Positions 21,389-31,843 are shown, counted from the whole stretch's first letter. The stretch: 62,476 nt of DNA, filler included, from Candidatus Hydrogenedentota bacterium (GCA_040752395.1; 5 parts of 5 records of this genome joined end to end with filler, not necessarily neighbours in it), one strand, 5' to 3'. Numbers and translations: made by a program. Notes: generated by a model from the sequence alone, not told the origin.

Positions 21389-21690
21389 CCTCCTATAAAA
21401 AGAAGCAAGAAGCAAGAAGCAAGATAACGGAAGAAGTGAGAGGTGTCAGGACGGGGTACAGGCTATAGGCTACGGACTACAGCCGGCTGGAGCCCGAAGC
21501 CCGGAGCCTGCTGAAAAGTCTTGAGTCCTGTTTTGACTCACGACTTGCGACTTGTGACTCTTTTCATATCATCTTTAGTTTTTCATACGTTGTGCCTTTA
21601 TGCCTTCCCCTCCTGTCTTCTGTCTTCTGGCTCCTGTCTCCTATCTGCCTTTGTGCCTTTGTGCCTCTTGCTTCTTTCGTTATCTTGCAG
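21389..21690 (-). repeat. Longest modular repeat, between rplJ and rplL, with inverted outer arms
   Basis: GCAAGATAACG near the start and CGTTATCTTGC at the end, enclosing the other modules. Confidence 0.9.
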
Positions 21691-21697
21691 CTACATA

Positions 21698-22207
21698 TCA
21701 TCTTCTCTGAATTGCATTTAAAAGAGATAATAGATTTCTTACAGACGCTGTTAGAACATTGACTAATCCCTGAGCGGGCCAACTTAATAAATATAAAAGC
21801 CTGAGTATAAGTTCCTCTCTGCCTGGCAACCTGGCAATTTGTTCAACGCCGTCTCTTTCTACAATCAAACCTTCTATAATACCGCCCTTGATCTTGAGCT
21901 TAGGTACCCTTTTAGAAAACTCATAAACAAGTTTTGCTGTCATTACAGGGTCCTCCTGACTATAAGCAATCCCAACTGGCCCTTTTAAGAATTTTTCATA
22001 ATCTTTTAAGCCGAGGTTAGAAATAGCTATTTTTGCTAATCTATTCTTTATAATCCTGAAGTTAACCCTGTTTAATCTTATTTCTTTTCTTAATTGATAC
22101 ATTTCAGAAACAGTTAATCCTTGATTTTCTGCAAAAACTATTGATTTAGCATCCTTTATTTCATCTTTTAACCATCTTACAAATTCTTCTTTCTCTTTTC
22201 TTAACAT
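21698..22207 (-). CDS. rplJ: 50S ribosomal protein L10
   Basis: GLTV.EM..LR, IKNRLA.IA, LPGREEL. Confidence 0.95.
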   Translation of the reverse strand: MLRKEKEEFVRWLKDEIKDAKSIVFAENQGLTVSEMYQLRKEIRLNRVNFRIIKNRLAKIAISNLGLKDYEKFLKGPVGIAYSQEDPVMTAKLVYEFSKRVPKLKIKGGIIEGLIVERDGVEQIARLPGREELILRLLYLLSWPAQGLVNVLTASVRNLLSLLNAIQRR

Positions 22208-22224
22208 GAACCTGGTTCCCTCTT

Positions 22225-22265
22225 TCCTTGCTTTTTTCGTTATCTCTCTTTATCTTGCTTCTATC
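22225..22265. repeat. Short remnant of the repeat family between rplA and rplJ
   Basis: CTTGCTT..TTCGTTATCT..TATCTTGCTTC. Confidence 0.55.
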
Positions 22266-22268
22266 CTA

Positions 22269-22970
22269 TTAGGCTACCTTCTTTAATTCAGAGACTTTTA
22301 TTTTTACAGCCGGCCCCATAGTTGAACATAATGTAATACTTTTAATATAAGCACCTTTTACAGTCGCGGGTTTCATTCTTAATACTGTTTCTAAAGTCGT
22401 AATAAGATTGTCTTGTAATTTATCTTCAGTAAATGAAGCTTTACCTATTGGTAAATGGATATTCGAAAATTTGTCAACATTTATCTCTATTTTACCAGCT
22501 TTAAACTCTTTTACAGCTTCTTTAATTTCAAAAGTAACTGTGCCTGTTTTAGGATTTGGCATAAGTCCTCGAGGTCCTAAAATCTTCCCAAGTTTTCCTA
22601 CTTCTTTCATCATATCAGGCGGGGCTATCGCAACATCAAAATCAGTCCAGCCCTCTTTCATTATCTTTTCAATCAAATCCTCAGCCCCTACATAATCAGC
22701 ACCTGATTCTTTTGCTTCTTTCTCCTTTTCGCCTTTAGCAAAAACAATTACTCTTATCTTTTTCCCTATACCATGCGGTAATGAAACAGTCCCTCTGATT
22801 TTTTGTTCTGATTTAGTTGGGTCAAGATTCATATTCATTGCCAATTCAATGGTTTCATCAAATTTTGCTGTTGCCAAACTTTTTGTCAGTTTTAGCGCTT
22901 CCTCTATCTCATACTCTTTGTCTTTTTTATATTTTGTAATTAATTCCCTGTATCGTTTTCCTCGCTTCAT
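22269..22970 (-). CDS. rplA: 50S ribosomal protein L1
   Basis: AKFDETIE, LGPRGLMPNPKTGTVT, STMGP. Confidence 0.97.
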   Translation of the reverse strand: MKRGKRYRELITKYKKDKEYEIEEALKLTKSLATAKFDETIELAMNMNLDPTKSEQKIRGTVSLPHGIGKKIRVIVFAKGEKEKEAKESGADYVGAEDLIEKIMKEGWTDFDVAIAPPDMMKEVGKLGKILGPRGLMPNPKTGTVTFEIKEAVKEFKAGKIEINVDKFSNIHLPIGKASFTEDKLQDNLITTLETVLRMKPATVKGAYIKSITLCSTMGPAVKIKVSELKKVA

Positions 22971-23179
22971 TGCTATCACCTCTTATCTACCTATAACAGT
23001 TTGTATTCATGAAGCACAGCACTAATTTTTCCTACCGCAGCTATCGTCCTTGCTTTGCCTATACAACTATTTAAGTTACTAACCAATCCTGTGTCTATAA
23101 AAATTAGTGTTTGGTTTGCGTGAGTGCTGTAAGACACGAACCTTTTATGCTGTGTTATATGAAATTGTACCATAACTTT

Positions 23180-23683
23180 TCACACTTTCCTTAGACTTTC
23201 AAATAATTTTTTTAGCAAGAGAGCAGTCAAAACTGTTTTTTCTAATTTGCAAACGGTTCTATACATTTTTGCTGAGTCTTTTATCCATACAACACCATCA
23301 AGAACAGCTATTCTTATAGCATTCCCTTTTTTTCCTATACTTGTTGCTTTAGGCTCTTCAATAGATTCAATTATTGCCTTAAATCCTAAAGAGCGAACTC
23401 TACCAACTATTCTAATGACGGTTTTGGGATTATACTTAACAAACATTTCATTCTTTCGTAGAAATGCTACATAGTGGTCATCAATTGGGAATTTAGGCAA
23501 CTTCAACAAATTTTTAATCAATAAAATATTATCGCCTGATTTATAAACTTCTTCCAATTCTTTCTTTATCTCAATAGGAACAGCTCGCCATGTTTCTTCT
23601 GTTGTTGAATAAATATTATGAAGGTTATCTAAATAGCCAGGCGAATTGGCTATTTGAATACTTTTTCTTACCCATTCGTTCAT
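23180..23683 (-). pseudogene. Tsp45I-like type II restriction endonuclease with apparent in-frame internal deletion
   Basis: W...SI..AN...YLD.L, FPI.D.Y.A.L, NP.T..RI, EPK and LDGV.W motifs; only 167 aa with the central catalytic segment apparently absent. Confidence 0.6.
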
Positions 23684-24834
23684 TTGTTTTCTTCCTGTAT
23701 TTTATATAGTACGAAAGCAGATAGGTTATTAATTGACAAAAGTTTTTTCTGTGCCACATCTATCGCTATTTTAGAATTATCAATTCCAATCCATCGTCTA
23801 CCCAGTTTTTCTGCAGCAATTAAAGTCGTTCCAGAACCAACAAAACAGTCTAAAATCAAGTCATCTGGTTTTGAGGATGTTTCTATAATAACCTTAAGCA
23901 TCTCCAGATTTTTTTCAGTTGGATAAGAAGGATAAGGATGGTCTTTGAATTCCCAAACATCTTGTCTTTTCTTGCCTTTTTTGACTGCTTCTTCTGCATA
24001 GTATATTCTTCTGGGATTACCACTTGAAGACCACTCAATTAACCCTTGTTCATCTAATTTATCTAATTCTTCTGGAGGATATTGCCAATGGCTACCCTTT
24101 GGGGGTTTGCGTCCTTTCCACTCTTTTCCTGTTGGTCCATTTAAAGTCTCTCCAGGAGCATGGAGAGGGAGGGTGGTATAATATCTACCATCTTTATCAA
24201 GCTTTGGGAATAGAGTTTTAATCTGGTTTTCTGTAAATTTCTCTCGCTGGTCGTTCCAGAGATATTTATGAGTCTTTGAATAAAAAAGAATTGAATCTGT
24301 CATATTTCCATAAGCCTTTCTCTTGAAGCTCTTTGGATTGCATTTTATTTTTGTTATGTTATTAATAAATCGTTCTTGTCCAAAAATTTCATCCATCAGA
24401 ACTTTCAAATAATGACACATCTTCCAATCAATATGAACATATATTGAACCATCATTCGATAATATTTCCTTGAGAAGAATTATTCTTTTTCTCAAAAATT
24501 CAATATATTCTGCTCCTACAAGTCTATCGTTGTATGCGGTATCATCTTGTCTACTCTTACTTACTGTTCGTGAAATTCCACTTTTGAAATCCTGGTTTGT
24601 CCCAAATGGAGGGTCTATATATACCAGTCGGATTTTCCCTTTGATGTTTGTGTCTTTTATTAAAGCTTCTAACATTTGTAAATTATCTCCCCAGATTAGC
24701 ATATTGCACCACCCATCAAGCCTACTCTTACCAAAACTTTTGATTTCTTTGAGAGTAATAGCAGATGTAATGGTAATAACTCTTTTCAAATCTTCTTTAT
24801 CCTTATATTGTAATGCTGTACTGTTGTTTGCCAT
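23680..24834 (-). CDS. Site-specific DNA methyltransferase (N6A/N4C, beta class)
   Basis: YIDPPF motif IV before DCFVGSGTT motif I; YPTEK. Confidence 0.9.
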   Translation of the reverse strand: MANNSTALQYKDKEDLKRVITITSAITLKEIKSFGKSRLDGWCNMLIWGDNLQMLEALIKDTNIKGKIRLVYIDPPFGTNQDFKSGISRTVSKSRQDDTAYNDRLVGAEYIEFLRKRIILLKEILSNDGSIYVHIDWKMCHYLKVLMDEIFGQERFINNITKIKCNPKSFKRKAYGNMTDSILFYSKTHKYLWNDQREKFTENQIKTLFPKLDKDGRYYTTLPLHAPGETLNGPTGKEWKGRKPPKGSHWQYPPEELDKLDEQGLIEWSSSGNPRRIYYAEEAVKKGKKRQDVWEFKDHPYPSYPTEKNLEMLKVIIETSSKPDDLILDCFVGSGTTLIAAEKLGRRWIGIDNSKIAIDVAQKKLLSINNLSAFVLYKIQEENK

Positions 24835-24892
24835 CTTATTTCCTCTGTCTTCAATCCAAGATATAGCAGAATTTCAGATAACTGATGAATTA

Positions 24893-25321
24893 CTAAACCT
24901 CTACCTCGACTCCCATGCTTTTTGCGGTTCCTGCAATCATACTTGCGGCTTTTTCAATATCAAAAGCATTCAAGTCTTTCATCTTCTGCTCTGCAATCTC
25001 ATATAAATCCTTTTTACTAATTTTCCCTACCTTTGTTCTATTAGGTTCTCCTGATCCTTTCTCAATTTTAAGTTTCTGTCTGATTAAAACAGCAGCGGGC
25101 GGTGTTTTTAACTCAAAAGTAAATGATTTATCTTTATATACTGTTATAATTACAGGTATCACTGTCTCTCCTTTATCTTTTGTTGCTTCATTAAAAGCTT
25201 TACAGAACTGCATTATATTTATGCCCTTCTGACCTAACGCCGGGCCGATAGGTGGTGCTGGTGTTGCTTTTGCCGCAGGTATTTGCAATTTTATATAGCT
25301 GTCAATATCTTTAGATACCAT
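24893..25321 (-). CDS. rplK: 50S ribosomal protein L11
   Basis: [20 protein letters not shown]. Confidence 0.97.
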   Translation of the reverse strand: MVSKDIDSYIKLQIPAAKATPAPPIGPALGQKGINIMQFCKAFNEATKDKGETVIPVIITVYKDKSFTFELKTPPAAVLIRQKLKIEKGSGEPNRTKVGKISKKDLYEIAEQKMKDLNAFDIEKAASMIAGTAKSMGVEVEV

Positions 25322-25326
25322 AAATA

Positions 25327-25570
25327 CTCCTCTGAAAAACGCTGTAACTCTAATAATTCGGGGTACAGGCTACGGGCTACGGACTACAGCCGGCTGGAGC
25401 CTCCTCCTCTGAAAAACATTGTAACTCTAATAATATCAAATAGAAGCAAGAGGCAAGAAGCAAGATAACGGAAGAAGTGAGAGGTATCAGGACGGGCTAC
25501 AGGCGTAGGCTGCTGAAAAGTCTTGAGTCCTGTTTTGACTTATGACTCGCGACTTGTGGTCCACGACTGA
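25327..25570 (-). repeat. Double (tandem) modular repeat between nusG and rplK
   Basis: Two CTCCTCTGAAAAAC heads at 25327 and 25404, each followed by a 28-bp core. Confidence 0.9.
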
Positions 25571-25572
25571 TT

Positions 25573-26109
25573 TTACACTTTTTCTACTTGTAAAAAATCA
25601 AGTTCAACAGGTGTTGCACGACCAAAAATAGTCATCATTACCTTTAATTTATTTCTGTCTAACTCGACTGCTTCTACCGAACCTATAAAATCCTTGAAGG
25701 GACCATCTATAACTTTGACTTTGTCACCCGATGCGTACCTTACCTTTGGTTTTGGTTTTGGTCTGCCATCAATTAATCCTGCATTTTTTAATGTTTCTTT
25801 AACTTCATCTTCATCTAAAGCCGTAGGTTTGATACCAGGACCTACAAAATTAGTTACACCTGGTGTATTTCTTACAACTGCCCAGGATTCATCATCCATC
25901 TCCATCTCAACAAGAACATATCCTGGGAAAAATTTTTTTTCAGTTATTACTTTCTCGCCATCTCTCATCTCTGCTATCTCTTCTGTTGGTATAAGAATTC
26001 TAAATATCTTATCCTCCATCCCGAGCGATTGAATCCTTCGTTCAAGATTAGACTTAACTTTATTCTCATAACCAGCATAGGTATGAATAACGTACCATTT
26101 TTTTAACAT
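25573..26109 (-). CDS. nusG: Transcription termination/antitermination factor NusG
   Basis: WYVIHTYAGYE, FPGYVLVEM, KOW, FGRATPVEL. Confidence 0.97.
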   Translation of the reverse strand: MLKKWYVIHTYAGYENKVKSNLERRIQSLGMEDKIFRILIPTEEIAEMRDGEKVITEKKFFPGYVLVEMEMDDESWAVVRNTPGVTNFVGPGIKPTALDEDEVKETLKNAGLIDGRPKPKPKVRYASGDKVKVIDGPFKDFIGSVEAVELDRNKLKVMMTIFGRATPVELDFLQVEKV

Positions 26110-26135
26110 CTTAACACCTTCTTTCGTAACCTTCC

Positions 26136-26363
26136 TTATGCTAAAAATCTAAAAATAATCTCTAAAAGAGAAGCTATCGCCCAATCAAGAAGACCGATAT
26201 AAACTAATCCTATGGCGAACAGGGTCAATAATATCACAATCGTAGCACTCTTTATCTCATCTTTTGATGGCCACGTCACTTTACCTTCAGGATATTTTAC
26301 CTCAACCCATACTTCTTTTAAAAATTGTTTTGCTTTATAATAATACTCTTTGACCTTGTTCAC
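26136..26363 (-). CDS. secE: Preprotein translocase subunit SecE
   Basis: FLKEV..E...KVTWP plus one TM segment; position before nusG. Confidence 0.9.
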   Translation of the reverse strand: MNKVKEYYYKAKQFLKEVWVEVKYPEGKVTWPSKDEIKSATIVILLTLFAIGLVYIGLLDWAIASLLEIIFRFLA

Positions 26364-26551
26364 TCTGTGCTCCAGTTGTCGCTATGCTCCATTGTGTACT
26401 CTTTTTCACCAGTTCGGTAGAAAAATTTGCCTGTTTAAAGGTAATCCTTCAATCCTTCGGTTATAGGTGGCAGCAAGAAGCAAGAGGCAAGATAAAAAAA
26501 CCAACCAAAGACTTGAAAGGATACGGTTCAAATCCCTTAACTTTTACTTTA

Positions 26552-26624
26552 CAGGCCCGGAGGGATTTGAACCCCCAACCCGCGGTTTTGGAGACCGCTG
26601 CTCTACCAGTTGAGCCACGAGCCT
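26552..26624 (-). tRNA. tRNA-Trp (CCA), 3' CCA not encoded
   Basis: AGGCTCG/CGGGCCT acceptor, CTCCAAA anticodon loop, GGTTCAAATCC T-arm; rpmG-trnW-secE context. Confidence 0.95.
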
Positions 26625-26725
26625 TTATTTTGCAGTGAAATGCTTTAGCATTTCATCATAATATATCGTGTCGCACTGACGCGACACATACATCTCAAAA
26701 CAAGAGCCTCCACGGATGGAGGAGC

Positions 26726-26875
26726 TTATCGGGTCTCTTTATGAACCGTATGTTTTTTACACCTCGGACAATATTTCTTTAACTCGATCCTCTCAGAATC
26801 TTTAGTCTTGTTTTTCATACTTGAATAATTTCTCTCTTTACATTCAGTACATTCTAAAGTTATAATTACTCTCAT
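26726..26875 (-). CDS. rpmG: 50S ribosomal protein L33 (zinc-binding type, 49 aa)
   Basis: Own translation [49 protein letters not shown]. Confidence 0.96.
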   Translation of the reverse strand: MRVIITLECTECKERNYSSMKNKTKDSERIELKKYCPRCKKHTVHKETR

Positions 26876-27104
26876 ATCAGCTACTTACCTTAACACATAA
26901 AATACTTCCCAATTTTCAATCTTTAATTTGCCATTTTAAGATTTGTAAAGAATATTCTCTAATATATTAATATTGTCTATAACAATAAATAGTAATCCTA
27001 ATGATATATAAAATAGAATGATTTTTCTTTTTAATTACTAATTACTACTTTTCTCAGGCTTTTAAATATTTTAAAATTCTATAAATTTGTCAAGTCTTTT
27101 TATA

Positions 27105-27264
27105 GAGGTCTCTTTTAAAACCTCATTTTTTAAAGACAGCTCTAAAGTCTAAAGAACGGGTCTTGTGACCCTCTTTACATTATATTGATTATATTGAAAA
27201 TACAAAAAATAAAAGATGTAGTGAGCATCTTTAGATGCGACAAACTAAGTTTAAAAGAGACATC
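27105..27264. mobile_element. MITE-like element, copy 2
   Basis: TIR GAGGTCTCTTTTAAAAC / GTTTAAAAGAGACATC; interior homologous to 6441-6589. Confidence 0.65.
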
Positions 27265-27286
27265 TTATAGAAAAATCTTTGATTTG

Positions 27287-28504
27287 CTACTCTGCCTTTA
27301 CCTGTTCCTGACGCCTCATAAAAGCAGGTACTTCCCAATCATCACTTGCATATCCGCTTAAACCAGTTTCAGAAGGAGTGATTACGGTCTGCCTCTGTTC
27401 AGATTGAACTGTCGAGGCTGCCCTGATCGCCGGTCTATGAATAACAAAATCAGTTTTTGCAACTTTTTGTTTCTCTAAAACCTTTTGAGTACCAATTACT
27501 GTTGGGAATTGATGTACTGTTTTCTTTACTGCATGGGCTTCACGTGAAATACCTGTGGCAATAACCGTTATCTTTACAGTGTTCGTATAGTTTTCATCTA
27601 TTACCTGACCCCAGAATATGTTTGCATCTTCGCTTGCAGAATCAGTTATGATAGATAAAGCTTCATTGAGTTCATTAAGAGTAAGTTCTTTACCACCGGT
27701 GACATGAACAAGGATACCTTTTGCACCTTCAATAGATATATCTTCAAGTAAAGGACTTGCTATGGCCTGTTGTGCTGCTGTGACAGCTTTATTATCACCT
27801 GTAGCCTGACCGATACCCATTAATGCATCACCCATCTCAAACATAACTGAGCGAACATCATTGAAATCCGCATTAACTATACCTTCAGCAAGTATTATAT
27901 CACTTATACCCTGTACACCTTGTCTTAATACATCATCAGCAAGCCTGAATGCATCAATAATCGATGTATTCACGTCTACAACTGATAAAAGCCTCTGATT
28001 TGGAATCGTGATAAGAGTATCCACTTTTTCTCTTAAAACTCGTATCCCTTCTTCAGCCTGCCTTGATCTTCTTGCACCTTCAAAATTAAATGGTCTTGTA
28101 ACAACTGCTACTGTTAAAGCGCCCATCTCTTTTGCAATTTCTGCTACTATTGGTGCTGCGCCGGTACCGGTTCCGCCCCCCATTCCGGCTGTTATAAATA
28201 CCATATGTGCGCCTTCAAGAGCAGCACTTAATTGCTCCCTGTCCTCAGAAGCAGCCATACGACCTATCTCAGGATTACCACCTGCTCCTAAACCTTTGGT
28301 TATTCTTTTCCCTATCTGAATTTTAATCGGGGCCTGGTTACTTTTTAAAACCTGAAGGTCAGTATTCGTAGCTATAAACTCTACGCCTCCAACCTTCGCT
28401 TCAATCATACGGGTAATGGCGTTACCGCCAGCTCCACCTACTCCTATAACTTTAATCTTCGTTACAGGAGTATCATCGTCGTGAAATTCAAATCTGTGTG
28501 TCAT
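27287..28504 (-). CDS. ftsZ: Cell division protein FtsZ
   Basis: GMGGGTGTG tubulin motif, C-terminal VPAFMR. Confidence 0.98.
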   Translation of the reverse strand: MTHRFEFHDDDTPVTKIKVIGVGGAGGNAITRMIEAKVGGVEFIATNTDLQVLKSNQAPIKIQIGKRITKGLGAGGNPEIGRMAASEDREQLSAALEGAHMVFITAGMGGGTGTGAAPIVAEIAKEMGALTVAVVTRPFNFEGARRSRQAEEGIRVLREKVDTLITIPNQRLLSVVDVNTSIIDAFRLADDVLRQGVQGISDIILAEGIVNADFNDVRSVMFEMGDALMGIGQATGDNKAVTAAQQAIASPLLEDISIEGAKGILVHVTGGKELTLNELNEALSIITDSASEDANIFWGQVIDENYTNTVKITVIATGISREAHAVKKTVHQFPTVIGTQKVLEKQKVAKTDFVIHRPAIRAASTVQSEQRQTVITPSETGLSGYASDDWEVPAFMRRQEQVKAE

Positions 28505-28614
28505 GTAGTGCTACCTCCTTAATTGCAAATTTTATCGTGTAATATACTACAATGCATTCATCTGCTACACTTATGCTCTTATAAGGTAATGAGGCACAGG
28601 TGTATGGCTGTAGT

Positions 28615-29853
28615 TTAAAAGAATTCTGTAAACCATTCCTTCATTCTGTTTGTTATACTCCTGAATAGATCACCTCCTTCGAATCTTGTTTTACCCGGCA
28701 TCTTATCTCTGTTTTGTAATGCATACTGGCATAAACCGACTCCTGTAGCAAACGCCGGGCTATTAACTGCATCGACTAAACCACTCACGCCTTTTGGTAA
28801 CCCACAACGTATAGGTAAATCTAAAATTTTTTCAGCTAATTGTGGTGTGCCCTGCATCGCAGATGCACCACCTGTTATCACCATCCCAGCTGCTAACATA
28901 TCCTCATAGCCAGATTGCTTTATCACCCTGTTTATTAATTCGAAAATTTCAGCCATTCTCGGCTGTATTATTTCTACTAATACTTTTCTTGGAAGCTTTC
29001 TCGTACTTCTACCACCTATACCCGGTACCTCAATATTTTCTTCTGCTGATACAATGTCCTCAATCGCACAACCATACTCTTTTTTTATCTTTTCAGCTTG
29101 ATCAGGCGGAGTCCGAAGTCCTACTGAAATGTCTTTTGTTACATGACCCCCACCTATTGTAAGAACTTCGGTATGCCATATAGCACCATTTAAAAATAAA
29201 CAGATATCCGTGGTGCCGCCACCAATGTCAACCATTGCAACGCCTAACTCCTTCTCATCATTTGTTAAAACAGCAGAACCAGAAGCAAGCGGGTCAAGAA
29301 CTATATCCTCAACCCCAAACCCCGCACGGGTAATACTCTTTATTATATTCTGTACTAAACTAACAGCAGCTGTTACAATGTGTACCTCAGCCTCTAATCT
29401 CACACCTGTCATACCAACCGGGTTCTGTATGCCTTCCTGGTCATCAATTATAAACTCTTTCGGTAAGACGTGAATCACTTCTCTATCAAGAGGAATAGAG
29501 ATGGCTTTTGCTGCATCTATTACTCTCTCAACATCTGCTGAAACTATTTCGCGGTCAGGTCTGCTTACCGCTATAACACCACGACTGTTTAATCCTTTTA
29601 TATGTCCTCCTGCAATACCCGCATAAACAGACTCAACCTCTACACCGGCCATTAGTTCTGCTTCTTCTATTGCTCGAGTTATTGATTTAACAGTACTCTC
29701 TAAACTTACAACCACTCCCTTGCGTAACCCTTCAGAAGGCGCTACTCCAACACCTATTATCTCGGCCTCTCCATCACTACCTTGTTCTGCAATAATTGCG
29801 CATACCTTGGTTGTTCCTATATCAAGCCCTACTACAAAATCTCTTTCTGCCAA
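28615..29853 (-). CDS. ftsA: Cell division protein FtsA
   Basis: GLDIGTTKV, VDIGGGTT; TTG start after AGGAG. Confidence 0.97.
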   Translation of the reverse strand: MAERDFVVGLDIGTTKVCAIIAEQGSDGEAEIIGVGVAPSEGLRKGVVVSLESTVKSITRAIEEAELMAGVEVESVYAGIAGGHIKGLNSRGVIAVSRPDREIVSADVERVIDAAKAISIPLDREVIHVLPKEFIIDDQEGIQNPVGMTGVRLEAEVHIVTAAVSLVQNIIKSITRAGFGVEDIVLDPLASGSAVLTNDEKELGVAMVDIGGGTTDICLFLNGAIWHTEVLTIGGGHVTKDISVGLRTPPDQAEKIKKEYGCAIEDIVSAEENIEVPGIGGRSTRKLPRKVLVEIIQPRMAEIFELINRVIKQSGYEDMLAAGMVITGGASAMQGTPQLAEKILDLPIRCGLPKGVSGLVDAVNSPAFATGVGLCQYALQNRDKMPGKTRFEGGDLFRSITNRMKEWFTEFF

Positions 29854-29861
29854 AAGTAAAT

Positions 29862-29943
29862 CTCCTCTGAAAAACTTCGCAACCCTAATAATTTGGGCTA
29901 CAGGCTACAGCCAACTGGAGCCTGGAACCCAAAGCTCAAAGCC
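29862..29943 (-). repeat. Short modular SD-anchored repeat upstream of ftsA
   Basis: CTCCTCTGAAAAAC head, core variant, GGCTACA module. Confidence 0.85.
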
Positions 29944-30112
29944 AACATATCATCTACATTTTGCTTCTACATATCATCTCTTTCTTATAAGTTTACATAA
30001 TTAATCATTTTTCAAAAATCTTGTAAAGAAATTTTTTTCTTTTTTTACCCCCACCAATTAATATAGTAGTGAGGGGTTTCAGCTTCGATTGAGGGCACCT
30101 TTAGGGTGCTTA

Positions 30113-30940
30113 CTACTTTACTATCAATTCTTCAAAACGTAAATCTATGTACTCTGTAACATTTTTATCTGCTAATAATAAATCTATATTTGCTACCAAC
30201 CTTTTTAAACATCTCTCAAGCTTAGCCAGAGAAATAATAATTTTTGTTACAGGCTTTTTTGTATAAAGCAATACTCTGTCATCATCAGTAAAAGCTATCT
30301 CCGATATGATAGATTTTGTTGTGTCATTTAATTTGGCTTCAAATTCTGATATAAAAATTTTATATCCTTCTGGTAAATCATTACTTTTTAATCTAAAATT
30401 TTTATCTCCTTCAATTCTTATTACTGGTAATGATGGATACCCTATCTCTTTATATAGTGTGAATAAAACACCGTTTTTGTCAACAAACATCATCCCCTTT
30501 GATATTACCAGATAATAATATGGTTCCCTCTCTTTTATTTCTATAACAATCCTGTTGAATAGTTCCTTTCTTACAACAACATTCTCTATCCTTCTGTCCT
30601 TAAGTATTCTATTCTTTACAAGTCGTGGCTCGATTCTAAAAATATTTTCCTGTATTCTGATACCACTTTTCTGTTTAAAATAATTGTCGTCTATATATTT
30701 GTTCCCTTCTATAACAATCTCTCTTACTACAAAAGATGGGTTATCATATAAAAAATCCCATAATTCTATCACTGAAAAAATTAACAACTCAAAAAGAAGA
30801 ATTAATGCTCCTATTCTTACCCCCTTCATTATAGCCCATCCCCAGCGTATATGGTCAGTTAAAACTTCTCTCTTCTTGGTTTTAAAATTACTAAGTCTTG
30901 TTTTATTTTCTGGCTTTATTTTCTTCCAGAGCATACTCAA
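30113..30940 (-). CDS. ftsQ: Cell division protein FtsQ/DivIB
   Basis: TM + POTRA (I.IEGN), ERE P, C-terminal YIDLRF; ddl-ftsQ-ftsA order. Confidence 0.85.
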   Translation of the reverse strand: MSMLWKKIKPENKTRLSNFKTKKREVLTDHIRWGWAIMKGVRIGALILLFELLIFSVIELWDFLYDNPSFVVREIVIEGNKYIDDNYFKQKSGIRIQENIFRIEPRLVKNRILKDRRIENVVVRKELFNRIVIEIKEREPYYYLVISKGMMFVDKNGVLFTLYKEIGYPSLPVIRIEGDKNFRLKSNDLPEGYKIFISEFEAKLNDTTKSIISEIAFTDDDRVLLYTKKPVTKIIISLAKLERCLKRLVANIDLLLADKNVTEYIDLRFEELIVK

Positions 30941-31835
30941 CTATCCTTGAAACTAAATCCTTAAAACTTATCCCTGCCTTTAATGCTGCTTTTGGTAATA
31001 AACTTGTTTCTGTAAATCCTGGTATTGTGTTAATCTCAAGAAATAACGGTTTTTTATTGTCAGTCAGTATTAAATCTATCCGTCCCATACCCCGACATTC
31101 AAGTATCTCATAAATCTTCTTAGAATAAAAATATATCTCTCTTTCAACATCTTTGTCTATTACTGCTGGTACTTTGTATTCTGTAAATCCTTTTGTATAT
31201 TTAGCTTCGTAATTAAAAAAGTCTTTAAGCGGAACAATCTCAATAATAGGTAATAATAATGGTTCTCTATTACCTATCACTCCTACGGTAAGTTCCCTTC
31301 CTTTATAATATTTTTCTATTATTAAAACATTGTCATATTTTATTGAGTCTTTTACAATCTCCTGTAATTCGATAAAATTATATGCGATACCCATACCTAT
31401 GCTCGAGCCTTCTTCCCAGGGTTTTACTATTACAGGATATTCCAAATCCTGATAATCAAAGATGTCATCTCTTTCTCTATAAACAACATACTCAGGTGTC
31501 GGTATATCATTAGCAACAAAAATCTCTTTTGTAATCAGCTTATTTAATCCTATAGCGCTTCCAAGAACGCCTGCACCTGCGTATGGTATCCCCAGACATT
31601 CAAATATAGCCTGCGGTTTTCCATCCTCTCCAATTCTTCCGTGTAAAGCTATAAACGCGACATCAGGTTTAAACTTCGTAACGGCATCTAATATCTCTTT
31701 TATAATATCTTCTTTTAAATCGAGCTCAAGGACCTCGAAACCTGCTTCTCTTAATCCGCTGGCTATCGCTGTACCTGAGCGTAATGAAACCTCTCTTTCA
31801 CGTGATAACCCACCTTTGATTACAAGCACACGCAT
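30903..31835 (-). CDS. ddl: D-alanine--D-alanine ligase
   Basis: GG.S.EREVSL.SG, LHG..GEDG, LEINTIPGFT. Confidence 0.96.
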   Translation of the reverse strand: MRVLVIKGGLSREREVSLRSGTAIASGLREAGFEVLELDLKEDIIKEILDAVTKFKPDVAFIALHGRIGEDGKPQAIFECLGIPYAGAGVLGSAIGLNKLITKEIFVANDIPTPEYVVYRERDDIFDYQDLEYPVIVKPWEEGSSIGMGIAYNFIELQEIVKDSIKYDNVLIIEKYYKGRELTVGVIGNREPLLLPIIEIVPLKDFFNYEAKYTKGFTEYKVPAVIDKDVEREIYFYSKKIYEILECRGMGRIDLILTDNKKPLFLEINTIPGFTETSLLPKAALKAGISFKDLVSRIVEYALEENKARK

Positions 31836-31843
31836 CGTTGAGA

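Noticed and set aside
22991-23173. 60-aa ORF between the REase and rplA
   Set aside because: No recognisable motif; may be a decayed remnant but cannot be supported
26500-26545. Second tRNA on the + strand suggested by GGTTCAAATCC
   Set aside because: No acceptor, D or anticodon stems; better explained as an inverted copy of the tRNA-Trp T-arm
26630-26725. Three small hairpins between rpmG and tRNA-Trp as terminators or an ncRNA
   Set aside because: No U-tract in the transcribed direction and no recognisable family
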